Origin: Patescibacteria group bacterium
GTDB taxonomy: Bacteria; Patescibacteriota; Patescibacteriia; UBA9934
Length of the DNA: 64,000 nucleotides
Direction of reading: 5' to 3'
Assembly (NCBI GenBank): GCA_041666145.1
Contig: JBAYHK010000004.1
Coordinates: 20,542 to 84,541, forward strand
The notes beneath the pieces are model-generated. The model did no database searches and was not told where the DNA came from. It worked only from the letters and a program-made list of their open reading frames with translations. The position numbers and the translations under genes are program-made. How positions within the stretch are numbered: position 1 is the first letter of the stretch; the number at the start of each line of letters is the position of its first letter. Positions 8,629 to 17,277 of the stretch are shown here, one piece after another.

Positions 8629-10665
8629 TCAGTAGAGATCGATGACCGCGTGCCCGTCGTATCCCCATCCCCAGTCGAAGGGCAGAGGGGAAATGGAAAC
8701 GCCTTCGAGGGTGACATCTTCACAATGATCGACGTCCTGGTAGAGCCACGTACCGTCACCAAAGTCGTGCTCCTCTCCGTAGGTCCCATCCGCGTCGTTG
8801 TCGAAGGGGCCGTTCAGAGCGACCGTGTGGCCGTGCACGAACAGGAAGTCGGTACAGAGCATGCCGAAGCCCTGCGCATAGCCCGGGAAGTCCCAGTCTG
8901 GGTCGAGGCTGCCGTCAGGAATGACGGTCCAGTCACGAATCCAGAGCTGCCAGGATACGCTCATGAGACCAGTCACCGGAGTAACGCAGATCTCCAAGGT
9001 ATCGGAGACATTCGCCAAGCCGTCGCAGTTGTCGTCCACGCCGTTCATGGACACTTCTTCGGCGTCAGGGTTGATCTCGGCATCCAGGTCGTTGCAGTCG
9101 CCGTCTTCCACGGTGAAGCCGTCGCTATCGGCGTCGGCGTCGTCGCAGGTCAGATCTTCGTCGACGCTGTCATCGCAGTCATCGTCCATGTCGTTGCAGA
9201 CTTCGTCGGCGGCGGGGTTGATGCCGGAATTTCCGTCGTCGCAGTCGGTGCTGTCGGAGACGTAGCCCTCGGGCGCGGAACAGGCAATCGCCGGAGTCCC
9301 GGAGCCGTAACCGTCATCGTCCATGTCGAGATAGAAGGAGGACATGAGCCCTTCATCCACCGCGCCGTCACAGTCGTCGTCGATACCATTGCAGGCTTCG
9401 GGGGCGCCGTTGTAGATGGCGGAGTCGGTGGGCTGGCAGTCCGTGATGTCCGGATCGCCGTCACCGTCGGTGTCGACCTCGGGCTCGGGTTCGCAGACAT
9501 CTCCTTCGTCGACGGCGGTGTCGCAGTCGTTGTCGATGGTGTCGCAGATCTCGGTGGCGCCGGGGTTGATGGCGGAGAGGAGGTCGTTGCAGTCGGTGTC
9601 GTCGGCGATGAAGCCGGTGGGAGCACCGTCACAGGTAGATTCCGAATTGGTGCTGTCGCCGTAGCCATCGCTGTCGCTGTCCGCGTACCAGGTGGCAAAG
9701 GGCAAGCCCTCGTCGATCTCGCTGTCGCAGTTGTCATTCACGCCGTTGCAGACTTCGGAGGCGCCGGGGTAGATGGCGATGTTGGAGTCGTTGCAGTCGG
9801 TGCTGTCGGAGACGTAGCCTTCGGGCGCAGAGCAGGCGGCAACGGAAACATCGATGTCCCCATAACCGTCCGTATCCGTGTCCCTGTAGAAGGCGTAGAG
9901 CTCAACTCCACTGTCCGCGGCGTCGACGAGCAGGTCACAGTCGTTGTCGATGGTGTCGCAGATCTCGGTGGCGCCGGGGTTGATGGCGGAGAGGAGGTCG
10001 TTGCAGTCGGTGCTGTCGGAGACGTAGCCTTCGGGCGCGGAGCAGGCGAGCATCATCATATCGGGGTCGCCGTAGCCGTCATCGTCATCGTCCACGAAGA
10101 AAGTGCTCGTGACGTCCTCATCGACGTCGCCATCGCAGTTGTCGTCGAGGCCGTTGCATTCTTCGGTGGCATCGGGATTGGTCTCGATGTCATCGTCGTC
10201 GCAGTCGCCGTCGATGGTGGCGTAGCCTTCGGTTCCGCAGGCCATGAAGCTTTCGCCGGTGCCGTAGGAATCGCCGTCGCTGTCGGTGTAGACAGGAACG
10301 TCGGCGTCCGTGACGTCAGCACTTTCATCGTTGCAGTCGCCGAAGTTGGTGCCCTCGGTCGAAGTGACTTCAATCCATTCTTCTTCCGGAGTGCCCGCGT
10401 AGATGCAGAAGCAGCCGGTGTGGAACGGATCCGAGACGCTCGCGTTGACGTAGGTGTCGCCGTCGGCGTCGGGGCAGTAGGCCTTGAGGGGGTCGGCGGA
10501 ACCGCTCACCACAAGGGCGAGACAGTCTTCAACGGTGGCGCCAGCCGGGAGATCTTTTCCCGTGGCATTGGTGCCAGGGATGTCGTAGATGTCATCGGTC
10601 TTGGTGGAACAGCCCATGAGGGCGAGGAGAAGGAGCGTAGCTCCGGAGATACTGGTGGATTTCAT
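8629..10665 (-). CDS. Secreted lipoprotein (678 aa) with about 8 tandem DxDCND..INPGAxExCDxxDNDCDxxxDE putative metal-binding (MopE-like, PF11617-type) repeats; markedly GC-rich
   Basis: MKSTSISGATLLLLALMGCS lipobox; repeated ...DCNDLLSAINPGATEICDTIDNDCD...; the gene is visibly GC-rich relative to flanking genes (GC not computed). Confidence 0.85.
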   Translation of the reverse strand: MKSTSISGATLLLLALMGCSTKTDDIYDIPGTNATGKDLPAGATVEDCLALVVSGSADPLKAYCPDADGDTYVNASVSDPFHTGCFCIYAGTPEEEWIEVTSTEGTNFGDCNDESADVTDADVPVYTDSDGDSYGTGESFMACGTEGYATIDGDCDDDDIETNPDATEECNGLDDNCDGDVDEDVTSTFFVDDDDDGYGDPDMMMLACSAPEGYVSDSTDCNDLLSAINPGATEICDTIDNDCDLLVDAADSGVELYAFYRDTDTDGYGDIDVSVAACSAPEGYVSDSTDCNDSNIAIYPGASEVCNGVNDNCDSEIDEGLPFATWYADSDSDGYGDSTNSESTCDGAPTGFIADDTDCNDLLSAINPGATEICDTIDNDCDTAVDEGDVCEPEPEVDTDGDGDPDITDCQPTDSAIYNGAPEACNGIDDDCDGAVDEGLMSSFYLDMDDDGYGSGTPAIACSAPEGYVSDSTDCDDGNSGINPAADEVCNDMDDDCDDSVDEDLTCDDADADSDGFTVEDGDCNDLDAEINPDAEEVSMNGVDDNCDGLANVSDTLEICVTPVTGLMSVSWQLWIRDWTVIPDGSLDPDWDFPGYAQGFGMLCTDFLFVHGHTVALNGPFDNDADGTYGEEHDFGDGTWLYQDVDHCEDVTLEGVSISPLPFDWGWGYDGHAVIDLY

Positions 10666-10900
10666 GAAGAACCTCTGTCGAAAAGTGCACCACGCTAGTG
10701 GCGTCTCTGTTGTTGACGAATGCAGCCCGCTACTTTAGCGAGGCCGCATGTGTAGTCCAGTTCAGTTGGGAAAGATCCCAGCCGTTCCAGGCTTCAATTC
10801 ACGAAAATGTTAAACATTCGCGCAAGTTGAAGCCTGAAACAGGAGGGGTTAGGCTATCAGATTTAGGAAGTTCTGTCAAGAAGAAACCGAATTTTAGAAA

Positions 10901-10934
10901 AAACAAAAACGGCCAATGTTAGCCGTTTTTGTTG
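10901..10934. terminator. Bidirectional rho-independent terminator (hisS 3' end)
   Basis: AAAAACGGCCAATGTTAGCCGTTTTTGTT: 6-bp GC stem flanked by A-tract and T-tract. Confidence 0.6.
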
Positions 10935-10943
10935 ATAAGCTTT

Positions 10944-12278
10944 TTAAACTTCGTCTTCTGGAATGTTCAATCGCTTCCCAATAATCGCCACAACCTTTTC
11001 AACGTCAACGATTTCTTGCGCTCCAGACTCCATGTCTCGAATGATAATGGTACCGTCCAAAACTTCTTTTTGCCCAAGAATCACTGCGATTGGAGCCTTA
11101 ATTTTGTCTGCAATTTCGAGCTGCGCCTTGAGCGTTCCCTTTCCGAACGCCTCCCCCACTGCAATGCGTCCCTCACGGAACCTCTCATATACCGCCAATC
11201 CCTTTCGGCGGGCCGCCTCTCCAAGCTGACAGAAGAACACGTCAACTTTTGCACGACGTGGAGGCACAGATCCCGCGGCCTTCATTGCCATAACTAGTCG
11301 CTCAACTCCCAGTGCCGCACCGATTGCACTCGTATTTTCACGACCACCAAGCATAGGAATCAACCCATCGTATCGTCCACCACCGCCAAGAGCGAGACCT
11401 TCAAGTTCTGGAGTTCCTGCATTCGCAAGCGTCAATTCAAACGTGGTTTTTGTGTAGTAATCAAGACCACGAACTAAATATGGATTCAATGCATACGGAA
11501 CTTCTGTCTCATCCAAATACTCAAGCACCTTCATGAAATGCTGCTTCGAAACCTCGTCAAGATAGTCAAAAATCTGTGGAGCATCGGCCTTAAGCTCTTC
11601 CATCCCAGGCTCCTTTGAGTCCAGCAAACGAAGTGGATTCTTAATCAAGCGCTTTTGATCTGTCTCTGAAAGCTTCTTCTTATGCTGCTTGAAATACTTT
11701 ACAAGTTCAGCAACATAAGCCTTACGAGAAATCGGGGTGCCTAAAGAGTTTATTTGCACAACAACGTCCAATCCAAGATCTCGGCAAAAACGTTGGCTCA
11801 TGAGAATGACTTGCGCGTCAATAACAGGGTCGTCTGAACCAATCGCTTCAAGACCCCACTGCCAAAACTGACGATACCTTCCAGCTTGTGGACGCTCATG
11901 ACGAAAGAATGGCTCGAAATACCACATCTTCACCGGCTGAGACTGGTTCACCATTCCGTGTTCAATATATGCTCGAGCAACCTGAGCCGTTCCCTCTGGT
12001 CGCAAAGTCATTTTTACTCCGCCCTGGTCAACAAACGTAAACATCTCCTTTTCAACAATATCAGTATCTTTCCCAACTGATCGCTCAAAAAGAACGGTTT
12101 GTTCCAAGGCTGGCATACGAATACGACCAAATCCATAGGTCCGCGCCATTGAACGCGCCAAAAACTCAATCTTGTCCCAAGCAGACTGTTCATCTGGCAA
12201 AATGTCACGAAATCCTCGAAGTGCCTCTGGAGTCTTTGACTTTTTCTTTGCCTCTACCACTGGTTTTTCTTCTGCCAT
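10944..12278 (-). CDS. hisS: Histidyl-tRNA synthetase
   Basis: 444 aa; class II motifs; RDMESG..., GGGRYDGL. Confidence 0.9.
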   Translation of the reverse strand: MAEEKPVVEAKKKSKTPEALRGFRDILPDEQSAWDKIEFLARSMARTYGFGRIRMPALEQTVLFERSVGKDTDIVEKEMFTFVDQGGVKMTLRPEGTAQVARAYIEHGMVNQSQPVKMWYFEPFFRHERPQAGRYRQFWQWGLEAIGSDDPVIDAQVILMSQRFCRDLGLDVVVQINSLGTPISRKAYVAELVKYFKQHKKKLSETDQKRLIKNPLRLLDSKEPGMEELKADAPQIFDYLDEVSKQHFMKVLEYLDETEVPYALNPYLVRGLDYYTKTTFELTLANAGTPELEGLALGGGGRYDGLIPMLGGRENTSAIGAALGVERLVMAMKAAGSVPPRRAKVDVFFCQLGEAARRKGLAVYERFREGRIAVGEAFGKGTLKAQLEIADKIKAPIAVILGQKEVLDGTIIIRDMESGAQEIVDVEKVVAIIGKRLNIPEDEV

Positions 12279-12312
12279 AGGAAATTAGAAAATACGGAAA
12301 TTCCTGCCGATC

Positions 12313-12954
12313 TTACTCTGAATACGTTGGAACATCAAATGTCGACACTCGATCAAACGGCAACCCACGAACCCAGACTCGTCCAATAAACTCATCCATA
12401 GTAACGGCGCCAAAGTATCTCGAGTCCAAACTCGCGTCTCGATTGTCTCCTAGAACATAGAATTCATCAGCTCCAAGCGTTCGACGATCCCGTCCTTCTG
12501 TGACTTCCCCGATATAATATTCTGTAAGCACAAATCCATTCGGAGACTCTAAATTGTAGATTGTAATCATCCCGTTACGAATCTCTACAGTCTCTCCTGG
12601 AAGGCCAATAACACGCTTAATATAATATTGATCTTCATGCTGCGGAGGTCGAAATACCACGATTTCCCCACGCTCCGGATTTCTGAATCGGAAAGTCAAC
12701 TCGTCAATAATGAGATATTCATTGTCATAAAAGTTCGGCTCCATCGACGCTCCCTTTACAACAAACGGCTGAATAAGAAAATATCGCACCGGAAGAATAA
12801 TCGCCAAAGCAAGCACTGCAATCTGCACAATCTCTGCAATAAACAAGGCGAATGCTCCTAATGAAGGCCCGAACCATCGTAAGAATGGATGAGCTTCAGG
12901 AGTCTCTTCTTTACGAGAAAAAATCATAGTCACGCGCCACAATAGCATAGTCAC
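12313..12954 (-). CDS. lepB: Signal peptidase I
   Basis: GASMEPNF (catalytic Ser), KRVIGLPGE, GDNRDASLDSR. Confidence 0.85.
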   Translation of the reverse strand: MTMLLWRVTMIFSRKEETPEAHPFLRWFGPSLGAFALFIAEIVQIAVLALAIILPVRYFLIQPFVVKGASMEPNFYDNEYLIIDELTFRFRNPERGEIVVFRPPQHEDQYYIKRVIGLPGETVEIRNGMITIYNLESPNGFVLTEYYIGEVTEGRDRRTLGADEFYVLGDNRDASLDSRYFGAVTMDEFIGRVWVRGLPFDRVSTFDVPTYSE

Positions 12955-13058
12955 ACTCCCCCGTCACCTTGCGAGCCTTTTGCATTTTTGCTATCCTCCC
13001 ATCGATTCTTGAAAGAAGAAAGGTAGCGAATAAGAACGAGAAGTGTGTAAAAACTATT

Positions 13059-13157
13059 AAGTTTGTCGGATGCTAGGAGCCGCGAGGACCGAAGCGAGCC
13101 GTACTCAAATGTACGGCGAGCGAGGACCACAGCGGCGACAACGCAGCCGACAAACTT
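13059..13157 (+). other. About 100-nt extended nested hairpin immediately 5' of tRNA-Met (outer stem AAGTTTGTCGG / CCGACAAACTT)
   Basis: 11-bp perfect outer inverted repeat enclosing GC-rich nested pairings (GCCGCG/GCGGC, CGAGCCGTAC/GTACGGCGAGCG) and direct GAGGACC repeats. Confidence 0.4.
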
Positions 13158-13172
13158 GGATAGTTTTTACTA

Positions 13173-13248
13173 GGCTGGGTAGCTCAGTTGGTAGAGCACA
13201 GGACTCATAAGCCTGTTGTCGCGGGTTCGATCCCCGCCCCAGCTACCA
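13173..13248 (+). tRNA. tRNA-Met (anticodon CAU; could be initiator, elongator or tRNA-Ile2 precursor)
   Basis: 76 nt cloverleaf GGCUGGG-UA-GCUCAGUUGGUAGAGC-A-CAGGA-CUCAUAA-GCCUG-UUGUC-GCGGGUUCGAUCCCCGC-CCCAGCU-A-CCA; one A31:G39 mismatch. Confidence 0.8.
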
Positions 13249-13283
13249 AAAAAGAACCGATTCTATCGGTTCTTTTTTATTCT

Positions 13284-13847
13284 CTACACTGTCCATGTTG
13301 TCTCTTGCAACGGACTCGATGAATCAAGCACCTCAAGCATCTTTGCAACAACGCGATCAATAACTCCGTGTTCTTCCTTCATAAACCTTTCAAGAACATA
13401 TTCCTCAAGCGGAATTCGTTCCGGTGGTGCGCTGATACCAATTTTCAATCGAGCAAATTCCTGCGTTCCAAGACATGCAATAAGCGATTTTAATCCGTTA
13501 TGCCCCCCGGCGCCTCCCTCTGTTCGATACCTTGCGTTTCCGAGCGGCAAATCAACATCGTCGGAAATAACCAACATTGCCGAAAGCGGAAGATGAAATC
13601 GATCAACAACCAATCGCACCGCTTCTCCAGAAGCGTTCATATACGTTGTCGGCTTCACAAGAATCGTCTTCGCGCCGTCAATATTTCCCTCGGCAACCAT
13701 GGATCGCAATACTGGCTCGTGTTTCCAAGAAAGCCCATGCGATTTCACGAAAGCATCAACCACCATGAACCCAACATTGTGACGTGTTCGTTCGTAATCT
13801 TTCCCTGGATTCCCGAGCCCTACAATGAAACGAGTATTAGCCTCCAT
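13284..13847 (-). CDS. pth: Peptidyl-tRNA hydrolase
   Basis: MEANTRFIVGLGNPGKDYERTRHNVGF; start chosen at internal Met (ORF runs to 13934). Confidence 0.85.
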   Translation of the reverse strand: MEANTRFIVGLGNPGKDYERTRHNVGFMVVDAFVKSHGLSWKHEPVLRSMVAEGNIDGAKTILVKPTTYMNASGEAVRLVVDRFHLPLSAMLVISDDVDLPLGNARYRTEGGAGGHNGLKSLIACLGTQEFARLKIGISAPPERIPLEEYVLERFMKEEHGVIDRVVAKMLEVLDSSSPLQETTWTV

Positions 13848-15213
13848 ACGTGGTGTGCGACTTTCGCGTTGCCGCGATACGAATTCGAATTGGTGTTCCT
13901 TCAAAGGTGTATTCCTCACGCAAAACATTCTCAACGAACCGCAAATACGAATCTGCCAACGAATCTTTTCGCGATAAGTTCACCTTAAGCAAAAACGTTG
14001 GCGGATTGGTAGCGATCTGATTGAATGAAAGAATTTTTGGATGCTTCACACCTTTTCCGCGGCTTGGTTTGTGCTTCATGATGACCCGCGAAATAAACGT
14101 TTTCATTTCTGCATCTGGCAGGTGAATAAAGCGCGCCTGGAATGCTTTATCAATGCAATCAAAAAGCGTCTTCGTTCGCTGTCCAGAAAGCGCAGAAACG
14201 AAAACAATCGGGGCATACTTTAAATGCGGCAATAAACTCCGCATGTATCGCTCTACTTCTGTGATCATTGTTGGGGTCTTCTGCTCAACTAAGTCCCACT
14301 TGTTTGCAACGATCACCACACTTACTCCAGCGTCGGCAAGAATGCCGGCAAGATGTTTATCTTGGGCCGTAATTCCCTGTTTTACATCAAGAACGAACAA
14401 CGCGACATCAGTACGCTCCAGAATTTTCAACGTTCGCTCTACTCCTTGCAATTCCAAATGTGCACCAGAATTTTTAATGCTCGACTGCTTACGAATTCCT
14501 GCAGTGTCAATAAATAAGTAATTCTTTTCATTATGTTCAAACGGTGCGTCATTTGGCTCTCGCGTAGTGTGAGCCATGTCTGCCGTAATAAAACGACGAG
14601 TGCCAAGCAAAGAGTTTAATAACGTAGACTTTCCAACGTTTGGTTCCCCAAGAACAGCAACACGCATGGTTGCAACATTCGAGACTGGCTGCGGCGGCAT
14701 TCCAATTTCAAGCAATTTTTCTCGAGCAATGTCTAAAACATCACCAACTCCAGTTCCCTGTTTCGCCGACACTGGAACCGGGCGAGGAAGCGGCCAAGAA
14801 CGCCAGTCATCACCATCGACTCTCGCGCGCAAAGTAACCGTATCCGCTTTATTTCCAAGGACAATCACCGGTTTCTTCTTTGCAAACAACAATTTCGCAA
14901 TCTCACGATCGTCAGCAGTTGGGCCGACCATCATGTCGACAACAAAAAAGATCAGATCAGACTCCTCAATCGCGATCGTTGCCTGTTCAACAATATTCTT
15001 TTCAATCTCATCAGCACGATCAACATTCAATCCACCGGTGTCCACCAGTCTCATCACTTCTGCACGCCAAATACAATCCGCCTCAAAACGATCACGAGTT
15101 GTCCCCGCAACACTACTCACTAACGATTTTTGTTCCTCGACCATTCGGTTGAACAATGACGATTTTCCAACGTTTGTCCTCCCAATGAGCGCGACCTTCG
15201 GAGTGCGGACCAT
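13837..15213 (-). CDS. der: GTPase Der (EngA), double G domain
   Basis: Two GxxxxGKS loops (GRTNVGKSSL, GEPNVGKSTL) plus KH-like C-term. Confidence 0.9.
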   Translation of the reverse strand: MVRTPKVALIGRTNVGKSSLFNRMVEEQKSLVSSVAGTTRDRFEADCIWRAEVMRLVDTGGLNVDRADEIEKNIVEQATIAIEESDLIFFVVDMMVGPTADDREIAKLLFAKKKPVIVLGNKADTVTLRARVDGDDWRSWPLPRPVPVSAKQGTGVGDVLDIAREKLLEIGMPPQPVSNVATMRVAVLGEPNVGKSTLLNSLLGTRRFITADMAHTTREPNDAPFEHNEKNYLFIDTAGIRKQSSIKNSGAHLELQGVERTLKILERTDVALFVLDVKQGITAQDKHLAGILADAGVSVVIVANKWDLVEQKTPTMITEVERYMRSLLPHLKYAPIVFVSALSGQRTKTLFDCIDKAFQARFIHLPDAEMKTFISRVIMKHKPSRGKGVKHPKILSFNQIATNPPTFLLKVNLSRKDSLADSYLRFVENVLREEYTFEGTPIRIRIAATRKSHTTYGG

Positions 15214-15219
15214 ATCGCG

Positions 15220-16704
15220 CTAATTTAAAACTAAATCCATACCATTCTCACCAATAATAATGAGAAAATCAATATCTTCTCCGCTAACATCTGGCACAGT
15301 ACCAAGTCCATCTGGAACAACCGCATCAGACGATAAATACCCTTGAGGTGTCATAATGACGTCTGCATCAAGATATTTCTGAAGCGATGCAAGCTCTTCT
15401 GCCTTCTTCCCATTCGTATAATCAAAAATCATGGTCTTTTGATAATCACGCTCCGCAGCATTGCTTACTAAAGCGATCGTAAATCCAGAACTCTCAAGGA
15501 GCTCAGCAGTTCTCGCAGCTAAACCGAACGTCGGCGTTCCATTTTGAATCTCGATTCGTACGCCATCACTACCTGTTGGCGAACTCGGCAGAGCCGCCTC
15601 CTGCGACGTAACCATCGGTTTATCATCAAAAATGTTCTTCGCAATAAGCTTCAAGTCACTCCAATCTTCATTACGCGGCAAAATAACATATGCACCGTTT
15701 ATCATCGTCGAATACAAGGGACTCCCTGGAGCGGTGTCTAGCACCCGAGTCGCCAAAGCATTCCGATCAATCTTTGGAACATACTCTGCAAGACGCATCA
15801 TCTCCCACAATGACATATCCGTACTGACGTTCTTTCGAATTGTTGAAATAATGTTGTTCAACTTTGCAGGATTCAAAAGTACATTCAACGAAAGCGCGCG
15901 GTCTTTCACTGCGAGTAGTATTTTTTGCTGACGTGCAGCGCGCGCAAAATCTGATCCCTCTCCGCTGTCACCATGACGAGAACGCGCAAACTGCAGCGCA
16001 GTCTTTCCGTCCATATGCGCCCATCCCTCAGAAAAAGAAACGGTTGTCACGTTGCATTCCACGTCATCGATTGGATAGGTTGTGTCTGTAAAAGATTGAT
16101 CGATATACACGTCGATGCCCCCAATGTCGTCAACAATTTCTTCAAATCCATTAAAATCGACTCTCACTGCATAGTCGACTGTCTGGCCAAAAATAGTTTG
16201 AACTGTATTTGCCGCAGCAGTAACGCCAGAACCAGACTCGTTCATTTCCGCTAATGCGTTCACTGCGTTAATCTTTCGATAGCCGTACCCAGGAATCTCA
16301 ACTGTTAAATCACGAGGGATCGAGATCATTCCTACCTCGTTCGTCGACGGTTTATAACTCGCGAGAATCATAGTATCTGTAAGCTGCGGACCTGCATGAC
16401 CAGCACCACTAACACCAAGCAAAAGCACATTTACTCGATCGCCATCTTCTCCGCTCAGTGCTTTCTCTGGCGCAACGACAAGCCTCCTAAGAGAAGAAAA
16501 TAGAGAAAATCCGTTCGCCGCTTCCGGCTCCTCCGCTGTAGTATGAGTAATTTTCGTACTAGCAAATGCCGCAATAACAACAAAAAGCATCGCCCCGACA
16601 CTCAGCGCTTTCGTTACCGAGCTAATCTTTGATCGAGCATGACGCTCAGACAAGATGGGCGATGGTTGTTGAAGAAAATCTACCGACGAATCGTCGTTTT
16701 GCAT
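15220..16704 (-). CDS. LytR-CpsA-Psr (LCP) family cell-envelope phosphotransferase
   Basis: VNVLLLGVSGAGHAGPQLTDTMIL...ISIPRDL; start trimmed to MQNDDSS because the track ORF runs into tRNA-Val. Confidence 0.8.
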   Translation of the reverse strand: MQNDDSSVDFLQQPSPILSERHARSKISSVTKALSVGAMLFVVIAAFASTKITHTTAEEPEAANGFSLFSSLRRLVVAPEKALSGEDGDRVNVLLLGVSGAGHAGPQLTDTMILASYKPSTNEVGMISIPRDLTVEIPGYGYRKINAVNALAEMNESGSGVTAAANTVQTIFGQTVDYAVRVDFNGFEEIVDDIGGIDVYIDQSFTDTTYPIDDVECNVTTVSFSEGWAHMDGKTALQFARSRHGDSGEGSDFARAARQQKILLAVKDRALSLNVLLNPAKLNNIISTIRKNVSTDMSLWEMMRLAEYVPKIDRNALATRVLDTAPGSPLYSTMINGAYVILPRNEDWSDLKLIAKNIFDDKPMVTSQEAALPSSPTGSDGVRIEIQNGTPTFGLAARTAELLESSGFTIALVSNAAERDYQKTMIFDYTNGKKAEELASLQKYLDADVIMTPQGYLSSDAVVPDGLGTVPDVSGEDIDFLIIIGENGMDLVLN

Positions 16705-16800
16705 ACGCTGGCAAACGAATAGAACTCGGGAAGAGTATACCGTAAACTGATTCTCCGCAACCGCGGCAAACAAAAAATCTCCATAAAACTGGAGATTTTT

Positions 16801-16877
16801 TGGTGGATGTTGGTGGGTTCGAACCACCGACCTCTGTCGTGTGAGGACAGCGCTCTAACCAGCTGAGCTAAACATCC
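16801..16877 (-). tRNA. tRNA-Val (anticodon CAC)
   Basis: 77-nt cloverleaf on minus strand: GGAUGUU-UA-GCUC-AGCUGGUUA-GAGC-G-CUGUC-CUCACAC-GACAG-AGGUC-GGUGGUUCGAACCCACC-AACAUCC-A-CCA. Confidence 0.85.
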
Positions 16878-16915
16878 AGGAAAACGTACCCAAGTTTGTT
16901 CAGCTTCGTTGCTCA

Positions 16916-16950
16916 CTCATAGGTCCTATAAGTCTTATAGGACCTATGAG
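16916..16950. repeat. 35-bp perfect palindrome CTCATAGGTCCTATAAG-T-CTTATAGGACCTATGAG (founding copy of a repeat family)
   Basis: Perfect inverted repeat; related copies at 22148..22176, 60568..60600 and a variant at 47603..47636. Confidence 0.85.
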
Positions 16951-17000
16951 CTACTCGCCCCTAGAATCCGACCAAAGAAAATATCTGAAACGAGAAGTGT

Positions 17001-17127
17001 AGAGAACGCTTTTTATTTCGGCCAGTTTCGATGAACCAGGAGGAAAGTTCGTGAAACGTACTTCTTGGTACGTTGAACGAATTTCCGACGCAGTGAGTCG
17101 AAAATGGACAAATAAAAAGCGTTCTCT
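17001..17127. ncRNA. Candidate structured RNA / repeat element, copy A (~127 nt). An 18-bp closing helix encloses the conserved core TTTCGATGAACCAGGAGGAAAGTTCGTGAAACGTAC...GTACGTTGAACGAATTTCCGACGCAGTGAGTCGAAA
   Basis: Closing helix AGAGAACGCTTTTTATTT (17001..17018) pairs perfectly with AAATAAAAAGCGTTCTCT (17110..17127). The core is about 85 percent identical to copy B at 46123..46247, whose closing helix has a completely different sequence. Confidence 0.4.
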
Positions 17128-17212
17128 GGTGCCGCGGGAGGGACTCGAACCCTCAATCCCTTACGAGAAACGGATTTTGAGTCCGTCGCGTATACCATTC
17201 CGCCACCGCGGC
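17127..17212 (-). tRNA. tRNA-Leu (anticodon CAA), class II with long variable arm
   Basis: 86 nt: GCCGCGG-UG-GCGGAAUGGUAUACGC-GACGGA-CUCAAAA-UCCGUU-UCUCGUAAGGGAUUGA-GGGUUCGAGUCCCUC-CCGCGGC-A-CCA. Confidence 0.8.
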
Positions 17213-17277
17213 GTACGCGGAAAAAGTCTAGCACATCATAGTCGAAAAGCTCAAGATATGGTATCCTCGCGCCGTAT

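Noticed and set aside
8320-10698. 792-aa plus-strand ORF in the track
   Set aside because: It is antisense to the GC-rich lipoprotein gene. Its translation is low-complexity Val/Ala/Gly-rich with no lipobox or domain, whereas the minus-strand ORF has a lipobox and coherent repeat motifs. It is a typical high-GC antisense artefact.
16705-16827. N-terminal 41 codons of track ORF 15220..16827
   Set aside because: They overlap tRNA-Val (16801..16877). The conserved LCP protein begins at the internal Met (MQNDDSS), which gives a clean signal-anchor start.
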